64,000 nucleotides of DNA from an uncultured Acidimicrobiaceae bacterium (GCA_963784155.1 CAWAQF010000004.1:553422-617421); one strand, 5' to 3'; positions 9,298 to 20,080 are shown, counted from the first letter of the stretch. Program-made: numbers and translations. The notes: generated by a model not told the origin, from the sequence alone.

Positions 9298-10548
9298 TCA
9301 ACCGACCGGCGTGAACTCGAGGTGGAGGTTCTCGAGGCCGCGCAACATCCAGGTGGGTGTGTACTCGAAGCGACGCTCGCCGGCGGGACCGTGGTGGGAT
9401 TCCGCGATCCGGATGTGCTCCATCCGGTCGAGTAGCCGCTGGAGGGACACGTTGGCCTCGGCCCGGGCAAGAGGAGCCCCCGCGCAGGTGTGGATCCCGT
9501 GGCCGAACGCGATGTGCTGGCGGCCGTTCTCGCGATCCAGGCGGAGCTCCACGGGGCACTCGAACTCGCGAGGGTCGTGGTTCGCCGCGCCCGGCAGCAC
9601 CATCACGGTGGAGCCGGCGGGGATTTCGGTCCCGCCGACCGTGGTGGGCACCCGAGAGAGCCGGAAGGTGCCCTTGATGGGACTCTCGAGGCGCAACACC
9701 TCCTCGATGAAGACGGGTACCAGGCCGCGGTCGTCGCGGATCCTCTGCTGGAGCTCCGGGCGATCGCCGAGGATCTGCAGCGATGTGCTGAGCAGTCGTG
9801 CAGTCGTCTCCTGTCCGGCGGCGAACAGGTTGGCCGCGATGCGCATCACGTCGTCGACCGGTGGAAGCGAGCCGTCGGGAAAGCTAGCGGTCGCGAGACC
9901 GGTCATCACGTCGTCGCGCGGTTCCGCCCGCCGATCCTCGATGTAGGTCGTGAATTTCTCGTAGAGATACTCCAGCGGTTTGTGGCTCATCTTGAGTTCG
10001 TGGTGCACGAGGCGCTCCACGAACTCGTCGTGGTCGGACTCGGGGACACCGAGCAGGTCGGCGACCACGAGGAGCGTGTAGGGGCCCGCGTACTCGGCGA
10101 CGAACTCGCACCCGCCCCGTGCGTGGAAGGTGTCGATCCGGCGATCGGCGAGCTGCCCGAGGAACTCCTCGTTCTCCTTCAGGCGTTTCGGCGTGATCAG
10201 CCGCATCAGCAGCCCTCGGTGCGCAGTGTGCTTGGGGGGATCGAAGGTGGGGAGCTGGTCGCTGAAGGGGAGCTGGTCGCGGTAGGTCTCGATGATCTCG
10301 GAGACGTCGTCGCCCTCGAGGGGAACGGGGAACCGGGCGAAGGGTCCGATGGCCGAGTTGCAGTTCGAGAAGGTCGCCTGGTCGTGATAGACCGCGATCG
10401 CCTCGTCGTAGCCGGTCACCATGTAGACGTCACGAGAGGACTTGGTCACGGGACACCGCTCGCGGAGGTGGTCCCAGTAGGGGTAGGGATCGTCGTCGAG
10501 CGCGTCCGTCTTGAAGTAGTCGATGGCGTCGAACTCAGCGTCGTTCAC
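9298..10548 (-). CDS. cytochrome P450
   Basis: 416 aa with heme loop FGHGIHTCAGAPLA and an EXXR region. Paralog of 42481..43752. Confidence 0.92.
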   Translation of the reverse strand: MNDAEFDAIDYFKTDALDDDPYPYWDHLRERCPVTKSSRDVYMVTGYDEAIAVYHDQATFSNCNSAIGPFARFPVPLEGDDVSEIIETYRDQLPFSDQLPTFDPPKHTAHRGLLMRLITPKRLKENEEFLGQLADRRIDTFHARGGCEFVAEYAGPYTLLVVADLLGVPESDHDEFVERLVHHELKMSHKPLEYLYEKFTTYIEDRRAEPRDDVMTGLATASFPDGSLPPVDDVMRIAANLFAAGQETTARLLSTSLQILGDRPELQQRIRDDRGLVPVFIEEVLRLESPIKGTFRLSRVPTTVGGTEIPAGSTVMVLPGAANHDPREFECPVELRLDRENGRQHIAFGHGIHTCAGAPLARAEANVSLQRLLDRMEHIRIAESHHGPAGERRFEYTPTWMLRGLENLHLEFTPVG

Positions 10549-10610
10549 GCGTGCTCCATTTCCTCGGTTCGATGTCCCTCGCCTCCCGCGACCACGGCTA
10601 TGTTCGGGTG

Positions 10611-11402
10611 ATGGCCCAGGAGCTCGCGGGAAAGGTCGCGATCGTCACCGGCGGCGCGAGCGGGATCGGACGTGCTACCGCGGAGTTGTTCGCGGAGGAA
10701 GGCGCCAAGGTGGTCGTCGCGGACGTCGACGTCGCGAGGGGGGAGGAACTCGCCGCTCGCCTCGGTGACGCGGTCGCGTTCAGGCGCGCCGACGTGTCCG
10801 AACCTCGAGAGGTCGAGGATCTCGTCGCGTTCGCCGTCGCCACCCACGGCGGGCTCCACGTGATGTGCAACAACGCGGGAATCTCGAGCTCGTTCCACCG
10901 CTTCCTTCGGGACGACCTCTCCGATCTCCATCACGTGATGGCGGTGAACCTCTACGGGGTGATCTACGGCAGCCAGTGCGCCGCTCGGCACATGGCCGAA
11001 CACGGGGGCGGCTCGATCGTGAACACCTCCTCGATCGGCGCCCTCTCCGGAGGGGGACCTCCCATCGCCTACCGGACGTCCAAGGCGGCGATCATCCAGT
11101 TCAGCCGTGCCATCGCGGTCGATCTGGCCGAGTACGGCATCCGGGTCAACTGCATCGCACCGGGTCACATCCCGACCGACATCACCCATTACGACCTCGG
11201 CCCGGTCATCCGGGTCCATCAGCCACTCCAGCGCCAGGGGACGCCCGAGGACGTCGCCGCGACCGTCTTGTTCCTCGCCGGCGAGCGTTCCGCGCAGATC
11301 ACCGGGATCGTGGTCCCCGTCGACGGCGGGACGACGGCCGGTCCCCCGCTGAGCCAGCTGAAGGTGCTGCGGGCGGGCGTGGCCGCTCTCGACCAGGACT
11401 GA
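10611..11402 (+). CDS. SDR family oxidoreductase
   Basis: ATG at 10611 in ORF 10551..11402. Motifs are AIVTGGASGIGRA, NNAG and YRTSKAA. Confidence 0.88.
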   Translation: MAQELAGKVAIVTGGASGIGRATAELFAEEGAKVVVADVDVARGEELAARLGDAVAFRRADVSEPREVEDLVAFAVATHGGLHVMCNNAGISSSFHRFLRDDLSDLHHVMAVNLYGVIYGSQCAARHMAEHGGGSIVNTSSIGALSGGGPPIAYRTSKAAIIQFSRAIAVDLAEYGIRVNCIAPGHIPTDITHYDLGPVIRVHQPLQRQGTPEDVAATVLFLAGERSAQITGIVVPVDGGTTAGPPLSQLKVLRAGVAALDQD

Positions 11403-11440
11403 GTGCTTCGCTCCCCGGCTCGGGCAGCTCCGATCCGGCA

Positions 11441-12094
11441 TCATCCCGGACCGCGACCCTCGCGGACCGCCGCCTCGACCAGCTCGATCACCCACGAGAT
11501 GCCCCGGACGGCTCGCTTCTGGTCGACCTGCCAGTCGACCACCAGTCGCTCGTAGGTCGCCACGCTCCAGAGCACGTCGAACATCGCGGCGGCGACCGTC
11601 TGGTCCTCGGCCGACCAGTCGGCCGCCTGGGCGGCGATGGCGCCGAGGAGGGCGTCGCGCTGGCGCTGGTTCGCCTCGGCGAGGGTCGGATCGAGCGGCG
11701 CTCGCGGCTCGGTCGGGTACGACGAAACATGGTCGAAGATCCGGGAGGCGATGCCGGCGATGTCGTCGAGCTGCATCCCGTCGAGGTCGATGCCGGCGCT
11801 CTCCTCCTCGCGCTGCATCACCGCGTCTCGCAGTCCCCGTTCGTTGCCGAAGTAGCGGTAGACGGTCCTCTCGTTGACCCCCGCGCGCTCGGCGACCGCC
11901 CGGATGGTCAGGCCGCGCCAGTCGCGGATGGACGATCGGTGGAGAAGTTCACAACCTGCCGACACGATGCGGTCCCGCGTCTCCGCGGCCTGCTCACGCC
12001 GGCGCGCCCCGTTGTAGGGCCGGCGCGGCGGTTCGGGACCGGCCGGCACCGACGTCTTGGCGGGGCCCGGCTTGCGCTTCGGCTCGGTCGGCAC
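11441..12094 (-). CDS. TetR/AcrR family transcriptional regulator
   Basis: GTG at 12094 lies 5 nt after the stop of the upstream P450. HTH is TIRAVAERAGVNERTVYRYFGNERGL. The rest of listed ORF 11441..12715 overlaps the P450 out of frame. Confidence 0.8.
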   Translation of the reverse strand: MPTEPKRKPGPAKTSVPAGPEPPRRPYNGARRREQAAETRDRIVSAGCELLHRSSIRDWRGLTIRAVAERAGVNERTVYRYFGNERGLRDAVMQREEESAGIDLDGMQLDDIAGIASRIFDHVSSYPTEPRAPLDPTLAEANQRQRDALLGAIAAQAADWSAEDQTVAAAMFDVLWSVATYERLVVDWQVDQKRAVRGISWVIELVEAAVREGRGPG

Positions 12095-12099
12095 CGTCT

Positions 12100-13302
12100 C
12101 TAGGGGGTGACGACCGGGAGGACCTCCCAGCCCCGGACCGTCGAAGTGGGGGAGAGCTTTGCGTTGGCCAGGTCGACCTCCCACTCGGGGAAGCGGTTCA
12201 GCAGTTCGTCGAGGACGATTCGCCCCTCGAGACGGGCCAACGCGGCGCCCATGCAGAAGTGGATGCCGTACCCGAAGGTCAACGATCGCTCGAACTCGCG
12301 GTGGATGTCGAACCGGTCCCCGCCGGGGAACCGCCGGTCGTCGCGGTTGGCGGAACCGGTCAGGAAGACCATGACGCTGCCCTCCGGCACGGTCTGCTCC
12401 TGCACCTCGACGTCGTTCGCGACGTAGCGTGCGACGTGGGGAGCCGGCGACTCGTAGCGCAGGATCTCCTCGATGGCGTTCGGGATGAGCGACCGGTCCG
12501 CGACCAGTTCGCGCCGCTGGTCGGGGTGGTCGGCCAGCACTCTTCCGGTCCAGCCGATCAGCCGGTTGGTGGTCTCGTTGCCCGCACCGGCGATGACGTT
12601 GACGAAGGTGAGCAGCTCGTTGCGGTTCAGTCGGCGGACCGTTCCGGTCTCGTCTTCGAACTCGACCTGCAAGAGCTCGGTCATCAAGTCGTCGGAGGGA
12701 TGATCGGCCCGCCACTCGATGTACTCGGCGAACATCTCACCGGTGACGATGTCGCTCTCGCCGGTCACCTGCATGGGCTTGCCTTCCTCGGTGCGGAGGC
12801 TGGCGTCGACCTGGTCGCGGATGGCGACCTGGTCCCTCTCGGGGATCCCGAGGAGCATGCCGATTGTCTGCATCGGCACGAGTCCGCCCAGATCGGCGAT
12901 GAAGTCGAACCCCTTCGCTCCGACGAGCGGGTCGAGGCAACGCCCGCAGAACTCCCGGATCTTCGCCTCGAGCTCGGCGACCCTCCTCGCGGTGAACGCA
13001 CGGGAGACCAGCCGGCGATGGACGCTGTGGACGGGAGGGTCCTCGAAGATGAGCACGCCGGGTGGCATCGGGATGTTCGCCCTGATGACCTCGAGGATCG
13101 CCCCGCGTCCCGAGATGAAGGTCTGCGGATCGAGCAATCCCCGCTCCACGTCCTCGAAGCGGCTGACCGCGTAGAAGTCGTGAGCCTCGTTGAAGTAGAG
13201 AGGCGCTTCCTCCCGCAGACGGCGGTAGACCGGGTACGGGTCCACGTTGATCTCGACGTCGTACATGTCGTAGTAGACGTCGCTCCGGCTGGTCACCGTC
13301 AC
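12100..13302 (-). CDS. cytochrome P450
   Basis: GTG at 13302 lies 7 nt after GAGGAGG. Heme loop is FGYGIHFCMGAALA, with AGNETT in the I-helix. Confidence 0.9.
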   Translation of the reverse strand: MTVTSRSDVYYDMYDVEINVDPYPVYRRLREEAPLYFNEAHDFYAVSRFEDVERGLLDPQTFISGRGAILEVIRANIPMPPGVLIFEDPPVHSVHRRLVSRAFTARRVAELEAKIREFCGRCLDPLVGAKGFDFIADLGGLVPMQTIGMLLGIPERDQVAIRDQVDASLRTEEGKPMQVTGESDIVTGEMFAEYIEWRADHPSDDLMTELLQVEFEDETGTVRRLNRNELLTFVNVIAGAGNETTNRLIGWTGRVLADHPDQRRELVADRSLIPNAIEEILRYESPAPHVARYVANDVEVQEQTVPEGSVMVFLTGSANRDDRRFPGGDRFDIHREFERSLTFGYGIHFCMGAALARLEGRIVLDELLNRFPEWEVDLANAKLSPTSTVRGWEVLPVVTP

Positions 13303-13323
13303 CGCGCCACCTCCTCGGGGACT

Positions 13324-13346
13324 TTCGTGTCGCACTCTGACACGAA
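13324..13346. promoter_or_regulatory. inverted repeat TTCGTGTC-N7-GACACGAA, candidate TetR operator of the P450-TetR operon
   Basis: Perfect 8 bp arms lie 22 nt upstream of the P450 start. The repeat sits in the divergent region shared with the alcohol dehydrogenase gene. Confidence 0.45.
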
Positions 13347-13502
13347 GGCTATAGTCGGTCAAGCGCAGTCGGTCGAGGAGCGCCGTGGCCGTCTCGGCGT
13401 CCGCCGGCGGGCTCGGTGCCGGCTGGTGCGTCGACAGGACGGTGATGGAATGTTTCCCATCCCCGCCGGCAGCGGCCCGGGGGGAGCGAGGGGGAGGACG
13501 TC

Positions 13503-14657
13503 GTGAAGATACGTGCTGCGGTGCTGTGGGGCAGAGGGCAGGACTGGCAGATCGAGGAGATCGACCTCGATCCACCGAAGGCCCAGGAGGTGCTCGTCAA
13601 GTGGGGGGCGGCCGGGCTCTGCCACTCGGATCAGCACCTCCGGGCGAGCGACCTCGGCGCCAACGAGCGTCCGCCCGAGGTGCGCGCACCGCGACCCGGT
13701 GGCCTGTTCCCGATCGTCGGGGGCCACGAGGGTGGGGGCGTGGTCGTAGACGTCGGCCCGGACGTGCACACGCTGCGGGTGGGTGACCACGTCGCGGCGA
13801 GCTTCTTCCCGATCTGCGGCCGGTGCAAGATGTGCATCACCGGACACTCCAACCTCTGTGACCTCGGCGCGGCGACCTTTGCCCCGGGGCAGATCTCGGA
13901 CGGCACCATCCGCTACCACCTCGGCGGACAGGACCTCAACGTCATGGCCAAGCTGGGCACCTTCGCCGAGTACAGCGTTGCCCACGAGGCGTCGCTGGTG
14001 AAGGTGGAACCCGACTCCCCGCCCCAGGCGGTGGCCCTGGTGTCGTGCGGCGTGACCACCGGCTGGGGCTCGGCCGTCTACCGGGGCGAGGTCCTCCCCG
14101 GCGACACGGTCGTCGTCGTCGGCGTCGGCGGTGTGGGGATGAGCGCGGTGCAGGGGGCGCGGATGGTCGGAGCCCGCAACGTCGTCGCGGTGGACCCGGT
14201 CGAGTTCAAGCAGAAGTCGGCCCTCGACTTCGGCGCGACCCATACCGCGGGGTCGATGGACGAAGCCCTCCCGATGGTCACCGAGCTCACCCGCGGGCAG
14301 ATGGCCGACGTCGTGATCCTGGCGCCGAGCGTGATGTTCGGGGACCTGATGGAAGGCGCGCTCTCCCTCACCGGAAAGGGCGGTACCTGCGTCGTGACCG
14401 GTGTCGCACCGCAGGGACAGAAGGAAGCGAGCGTCAACCTCTTCGAGCTGGCCATGTTCCAAAAGGAGGTCCGAGGGGTGGTGTTCGGCGCCGCCAACCC
14501 GCGCTTCGACATCCCCAACCTCTTGTCGCTGTACAAGTCGGGGCAGCTCAAGCTCGACGAGATGATCACGAGGACCTACCGGCTCGAGCAGATCAACGAG
14601 GGCTATCAGGACATGCTCGACGGGGTGAACGTCCGTGGCGTCATCACCTTCGAGTGA
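13503..14657 (+). CDS. zinc-dependent alcohol dehydrogenase, NDMA-dependent-ADH-like subfamily
   Basis: GTG at 13503 follows GGGGGAGG. Motifs are GLCHSDQH, GHEGGGVV, CGRCKMC and the GVGGVG Rossmann motif. Confidence 0.88.
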   Translation: MKIRAAVLWGRGQDWQIEEIDLDPPKAQEVLVKWGAAGLCHSDQHLRASDLGANERPPEVRAPRPGGLFPIVGGHEGGGVVVDVGPDVHTLRVGDHVAASFFPICGRCKMCITGHSNLCDLGAATFAPGQISDGTIRYHLGGQDLNVMAKLGTFAEYSVAHEASLVKVEPDSPPQAVALVSCGVTTGWGSAVYRGEVLPGDTVVVVGVGGVGMSAVQGARMVGARNVVAVDPVEFKQKSALDFGATHTAGSMDEALPMVTELTRGQMADVVILAPSVMFGDLMEGALSLTGKGGTCVVTGVAPQGQKEASVNLFELAMFQKEVRGVVFGAANPRFDIPNLLSLYKSGQLKLDEMITRTYRLEQINEGYQDMLDGVNVRGVITFE

Positions 14658-14661
14658 GCAG

Positions 14662-15921
14662 ATGGGCGCACCGTCCGACTCGAGGTCGACCGTGACCGTC
14701 GACATCGACCCGCTCGAGCTCGTCGAACCCTCCCGATTCGCCCAAAAGGGGTATCCGCACGACCTCTGGACCCGGCTCCGGGCAGAGGCCCCGGTGATCT
14801 ACCTCGAACCCCCCGGCCATCCGCCGTTCTGGGCGGTCACCACCCACGCGGACATCGTCGAAGTGGCCACCCAGCCCCAGATCTTCTCGAACGCGAAGGG
14901 GATCACCCTCGATCTCGACCTGAGCGGGCTCGACCAGATCGTCGAGATGATCGTCTACCTCGACCCCCCACGGCACGGTCCGATGCGCAAGGTGGCGGTC
15001 CGCAAGTTCGTCAAGAGCGCGGTCCGGGCCCGGATCGAAGAGATCGAGCGCATCGCGACCGAGATCGTCGACCGGGCCTCCACCGGCGGTGAGATCGCCG
15101 AGGGCGACTTCGTCGACCTGTTCGCGGGTCCGTTCCCCATGGCGGTGATCTCGTGGGTCCTCGGTGTGCCACGGGAGGACTGGCAGCGCCAATTCGACTG
15201 GACCAACGAGATCATCGGGAAGGACGATCCCGAGTACCGGAGAGAGGGCGAGACCCCCGAGGAGACCTCGGCTCGTGCCCGTGGCGAGATCCACCGCTAC
15301 TTCAAGCAGATGATCGAGGAGCGCCGCGCCGATCCGAAGGACGACCTCGTGACCGAGCTGATCCAGAGCGAGATCGACGGCGCCCCGCTCACCCGCCCGC
15401 AGCTGCTCGCCTACTGCGAGCTCCTGGTCGAGGCGGGCAACCAGACCACCCGCGACGCGATCGCCGGCGGCATGCAGGCCTTCTGTGAGCATCCCGCACA
15501 GTGGGATCGGTTGCGGACCCGCCCCGAGCTGCTGCCCGGCGCAGTCGAGGAGATCCTCCGCTGGGTGAGCCCGATCAGCCATTTCGTGCGCACCGCGACC
15601 GAGGACTACGAGTTGCACGGACAGAAGATCCGCGCCGGCGACAAGCTGGCCCTCTACTGGGCATCGGCCAACCGTGACGAGATGGTGTACGAGGATCCCT
15701 TCGAGTTCCGGATCGACCGCCCGCCCGCGCAGTCCCTCGTCTTCGGGTTCGGTCCGCACCTCTGCATGGGGTCGCACGTCGCCCGCGCCGAGCTGGAGAT
15801 CATGTTCGGCCAGCTCGCGTCGCGGATGGAGTGGTTCGAACCGTCGGGGCCGGTCGAGCGGCTCAACTCGACGGTCAACGGGGCGATCAAGCACCTGCCG
15901 CTCCGCTACCGGCTGCGGTAG
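14662..15921 (+). CDS. cytochrome P450
   Basis: ATG at 14662 lies just after the ADH stop. Heme loop is FGFGPHLCMGSHVA, with AGNQTT in the I-helix. Confidence 0.9.
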   Translation: MGAPSDSRSTVTVDIDPLELVEPSRFAQKGYPHDLWTRLRAEAPVIYLEPPGHPPFWAVTTHADIVEVATQPQIFSNAKGITLDLDLSGLDQIVEMIVYLDPPRHGPMRKVAVRKFVKSAVRARIEEIERIATEIVDRASTGGEIAEGDFVDLFAGPFPMAVISWVLGVPREDWQRQFDWTNEIIGKDDPEYRREGETPEETSARARGEIHRYFKQMIEERRADPKDDLVTELIQSEIDGAPLTRPQLLAYCELLVEAGNQTTRDAIAGGMQAFCEHPAQWDRLRTRPELLPGAVEEILRWVSPISHFVRTATEDYELHGQKIRAGDKLALYWASANRDEMVYEDPFEFRIDRPPAQSLVFGFGPHLCMGSHVARAELEIMFGQLASRMEWFEPSGPVERLNSTVNGAIKHLPLRYRLR

Positions 15922-15966
15922 GCAGACCCTCGACACCTCGGGTTCCGGGGAAGGAAGGCACGACGA

Positions 15967-17097
15967 ATGGACGACTCGAGGATCTACTCCTGCGACGACC
16001 ACCTGGACCTCTACGCGGTCCCGCCCCATCTGTGGGAGTCCCGGCTGCCGAAGGACCTGGTCGAGCGAGGACCGCGGGTGGTCACCCGGGACGGCGAGAG
16101 GCGATGGGTCTGCAACGATCGCCTGGTCGGCCGCAGCGGACAGCCGAAGGGCACCAACGTCTACAACGAACTGAGCGCGGTCGGGCGGGCGGGTCTCGAA
16201 GACGACGGGTTCCGGGTCAGCGATCCGAAGCTCCGTCTCGCGGACATGGACCTCGACGGGGTGTGGGCGTCGGTCATCTACGGGCCGGTCCCGCTCACTC
16301 TCGCGATCCCCGAGCCGGACCTCCAGGACGCGTGCTACGCCGCCTGGAACGACTGGGCGATCGAGGAATTCAACGCGGTCGCGCCCGATCGGCTCTGCAT
16401 CCTTCCCTTCCTTCCCAGCCATTCACCCGACGCCGCGGTCGCCGAGCTCGAGCGCTCCGCCGAGAAGGGGCACCGCGGCGCGATCATCGACGTCTTCGAA
16501 TTCGACGCCGGCGACCCGGCTTGGGAGCCGCTGTGGGCGGCTGCGGAGCAGACCGGCCTGGCGCTGAGCTTCCACATCAAGGCCGGCGCCTCGAACCGGC
16601 TGAGTTACCGGATCGGCAAGTGGCAGTCGGCTGCGTTCGCCTCACTGCTCCCGCTCCAGCTCGACGAGGCCTTGGCGATCATGATCTTCTCGGGGGCGCT
16701 CGAGCGACATCCCGGCCTCCGGTTGGTGCTCGCCGAGGCGGGGATCGGGTGGCTTCCCTACTTCCTCACCCGGATGGACCTCGAGTGGCGGAACCTCCGC
16801 GAGCGGATCGACTACGCGCCGGCCGTCGCACCGTCCGAGCTCTTCCGCCGGCAGGTGATCGCGACCTTCGAAGAAGAGGAGCAGGCCGCGCGGTCGATCC
16901 CGGACATCGGTGCCGACTCGTGCATGTGGGCGTCGGACTACCCCCACACCGACAGCACCTTCCCCGAGTCACGGCGGGCGATCGAAGACACGCTCGGCAC
17001 CCTCTCTGCGGAGGACCGGGCCAAGATCACCGCACGCAATTGCGCCGAGCTCTATCGGTTCGACGACGTCGCCCGGGGAGAAGGAGCACACCCATGA
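15967..17097 (+). CDS. amidohydrolase family protein (amidohydrolase_2)
   Basis: 376 aa with N-terminal SCDDHLD and C-terminal MWASDYPHTDS. The stop overlaps the next ATG (ATGA). Confidence 0.82.
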   Translation: MDDSRIYSCDDHLDLYAVPPHLWESRLPKDLVERGPRVVTRDGERRWVCNDRLVGRSGQPKGTNVYNELSAVGRAGLEDDGFRVSDPKLRLADMDLDGVWASVIYGPVPLTLAIPEPDLQDACYAAWNDWAIEEFNAVAPDRLCILPFLPSHSPDAAVAELERSAEKGHRGAIIDVFEFDAGDPAWEPLWAAAEQTGLALSFHIKAGASNRLSYRIGKWQSAAFASLLPLQLDEALAIMIFSGALERHPGLRLVLAEAGIGWLPYFLTRMDLEWRNLRERIDYAPAVAPSELFRRQVIATFEEEEQAARSIPDIGADSCMWASDYPHTDSTFPESRRAIEDTLGTLSAEDRAKITARNCAELYRFDDVARGEGAHP

Positions 17098-18750
17098 CCG
17101 CTGACCTGGTGATCCGAGGAGGGACGGTCGTCGACGGGAGCGGGGGACCCGGCCGGCTCTCCGACATCGCGATCTCGGGCGACACGATCGAGGAGATCGG
17201 GCAGGGCCTCGCCGGCACCGTCGAGCTCGACGCGTCGGGATGCGTGGTCGCACCGGGATTCATCGACATCCATACGCACTACGACGCGCAGGTCTTCTGG
17301 GACCCGGATCTCAAGCCGTCCGCCTACCACGGGGTGACCACCGTGATCGCGGGCAACTGCGGATTCACCATCGCGCCGTGCCGCCCCGAGCACCACGACG
17401 CCATCGTGCACACCCTCGAGAACGTGGAGGGCATGAACGCCGCGTCGCTCGCCGCCGGTATCGCCTGGGAGTTCGAGACGTTCCCGGACTACCTCGATGC
17501 GGTCGCCCGGCGTGGCACGGCGGTCAACTTCACCGCCTACATCGGGCACAGCGCCTTGCGCCTCTTCGTGATGGGCGACGCCGCCTACGAGCGCGCCGCG
17601 ACACCCGAGGAGATCGACCGGATGTGCCAGTTCGTGACCGAGGCGATCGAGTACGGCGCGGCCGGGTTCTCGACCAGTTTCTCCTTCGCCCATCGAGGAG
17701 TCGACGGCAAGCCCGTTCCCAGCCGGTTCGCCGAGATGGACGAGGTCGAGGCCCTCTTCACCGTCGGTCGGCAAGACCGGTAAGGGGGTGGTGCTCACCA
17801 CGCCGGGCTGGCAGTGCGAGTACGCCGACGTCTTCACCTGGCAACCCAAGATCGGCCGGCCGTTCACCTGTCCGCTGTTCACCTCGGTGGGCGGCAAGCA
17901 CCTCGAGGTGATCGAGCTCCATCGCAAGGCGCTCTCCCGAGGCGCCGACGTGTGGCCCCAGGTGACACCGCGGCCGCTGACCATGCAGTTCACCCTCGCC
18001 GACGCCTACAACCTCAATGTCGGGGAGGTGTTCGCCGAGCTGATGAAGGTCAGTCGCGAGGTCCGCAAGGCGGCGTTCCGCGACCCCGAGTGGCGGGCCC
18101 GGGCTTTCAACGACCTACAGCACCACTCGACCGGGATGGCCCCTCGCTGGGAGACCTACGAGGTCTCCGAGTCGGAGCAGTTCCCCGAATTACTGGGTCG
18201 CCGGGTGACCGACATCGCACGCGAGCGGAACGGCACACCCCTCGACGTGATGTGCGAGCTCTCCCTTGCCGAGGACCTCCGGACCCGCTTCCGCGCCTAC
18301 ATCGCCAACGACGATCCCGATGCCGTGGCGGGTCTCCTCACCGAGGACCACGTCGTGCTCGGTCTCACCGACGCGGGCGCGCACGTGGACCAGCTGTGCG
18401 ACGCACCTCAGCCGACCGATCTGCTCGGGAACTGGGTCCGTGACCGTCAGGTGATGACCGTCGAGCGCGCGGTCCGGAAGCTGACCGGCGAGGCGGCCGA
18501 CATGTTCGGCATCGAGCGCCGTGGCTATCTGCGTGAGGGGGACTTCGCCGACGTGTGCGTCTTCGACCCGGCGACCGTCGACACCGGGCCGGTCCGGCGT
18601 CTCCGCGACCTGCCCGCCGACGGCGAACGGCTCACCTTCGAGGAGCCGGTCGGGGTGCGCCACATCCTGGTCAACGGGGTACCCATCCGTCGGGACGAGG
18701 TGCAACTCGACCTCGACCGACGACCCGGCACGCGCCCGGCCCTGGTCTGA
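17094..18750 (+). pseudogene. N-acyl-D-amino-acid deacylase (D-aminoacylase) family amidohydrolase, split by one +1 frameshift
   Basis: The N-terminal part (in ORF 15831..17783) has APGFIDIHTHYD. The C-terminal part is ORF 17788..18750. The junction near 17770 reads FTV|VGKTGKGVVLTTPG once one base is removed. Confidence 0.8.
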
Positions 18751-18765
18751 ATGCCGAAGCTCGGC

Positions 18766-19911
18766 TCAGCGCACGCCTCGGAAGAAGCGGCGGAGATCCT
18801 CGACGAACGCCTCCGGCTGCTCCATGGCAGCGAAGTGGCCGCCGCGGTCCATCACCGCCCAGTGGACCACCCGGTACTGGGCCTCGACCCACGACCGCGG
18901 CCAACGGAGCACCTCTTTCGGATACCGCGCGACACCGGTCGGGACGTCGACGAACGGCAGGGGGCCCGAGGACCGCGCGCTGTGCCGGCTCTCCCAGTAG
19001 AGACGGGCCGAGGAGGTGACGGTCTGGGTCACCCAGTAGAGCATCACGTTGGTGATCAGCTGGTCGCGGGTGAAGCAGTTCTCCGGATCACCGCCGCAGT
19101 CGCTCCAGGCACGGAACTTCTCGACGATCCACCCGAGCAACCCGGCCGGCGTGTCGTTCAGCGCCGCTCCGACCGTCTGGGGTTTGGTGCCCTGCTCGCT
19201 GGCGTAGCCCGACTCCTCCTTCACGAACCGGCGCATCGCGGCCAGATCGGTCTGCTCCTCGTCGGTGAGCGGTCCGATCTCCTTCGGCTGCACGCCGATC
19301 GGCATGTTGAGGTGGATGCCGGCGCAGCGGGCCGGGTCCAAGAGGCCGATCCGGGTGGTGACCTGGGCACCCCAGTCGCCCCCCTGGGCCCCGTAGCGCG
19401 CGTAGCCGAGCCGGCTCATCAGCTCGGCGAACGCACGGGCGATGCGTTCCTCGTCCCAGCCGGCCGAACGGGTGGGCTCCGAAAAACCGTAACCCGGCAA
19501 CGAAGGGGCGACCACGTGGAATGCGTCGGCGGACTCGGCGCCGAATGCCTCCGGATCGACCATCCGGGGTAGGACGTCGTGGAATTCGACGATCGAACCG
19601 GGCCAACCGTGCGTGAGCAACACCGGGAACGCGTCCGGGTGTCCGGATCGTGCGTGGACGAAGTGGATCGACTGCCCGTCGACGGTCGTACGGAAATGGT
19701 CGAATCGGTTGAGCTTCGCTTCCTCCTCGCGCCAGTCGTACCCGTCCAGCCAGTAGCCGACCAGGTCCGCCAAGTAGTCGGTCGGGATGCCGTACTCCCA
19801 GCCGGTGCCCTCGATCTGATCGGGAAAGCGCGTTCGCGAGAGCCGATCGCGCAGGTCGTCGAGCACCGATTCGTCGACGCGGATGGGGAACGGTTCGAGC
19901 TCGGACGTCAC
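18766..19911 (-). CDS. epoxide hydrolase (alpha/beta hydrolase with N-terminal EH domain)
   Basis: 381 aa with THGWPGS, GGDWG and the typical EHN N-terminus (FPDQIEGTGWEYG). Confidence 0.88.
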   Translation of the reverse strand: MTSELEPFPIRVDESVLDDLRDRLSRTRFPDQIEGTGWEYGIPTDYLADLVGYWLDGYDWREEEAKLNRFDHFRTTVDGQSIHFVHARSGHPDAFPVLLTHGWPGSIVEFHDVLPRMVDPEAFGAESADAFHVVAPSLPGYGFSEPTRSAGWDEERIARAFAELMSRLGYARYGAQGGDWGAQVTTRIGLLDPARCAGIHLNMPIGVQPKEIGPLTDEEQTDLAAMRRFVKEESGYASEQGTKPQTVGAALNDTPAGLLGWIVEKFRAWSDCGGDPENCFTRDQLITNVMLYWVTQTVTSSARLYWESRHSARSSGPLPFVDVPTGVARYPKEVLRWPRSWVEAQYRVVHWAVMDRGGHFAAMEQPEAFVEDLRRFFRGVR

Positions 19912-20080
19912 GGGTCACCTTCTCGAGGGGCGTGCCAGCGGCCGCCGCAAAGGGTACGCCATGGCGACGGGCGTTCCCGCCGGTTCGCGGTGGAAGGTGT
20001 CGAGCGAGGGTTGCCCCCGACCAGGATGGCGCCGAAGAGGGGACTGTTACCCTTGGGCGGTGTTCGAGGAGGCAGGTGAG

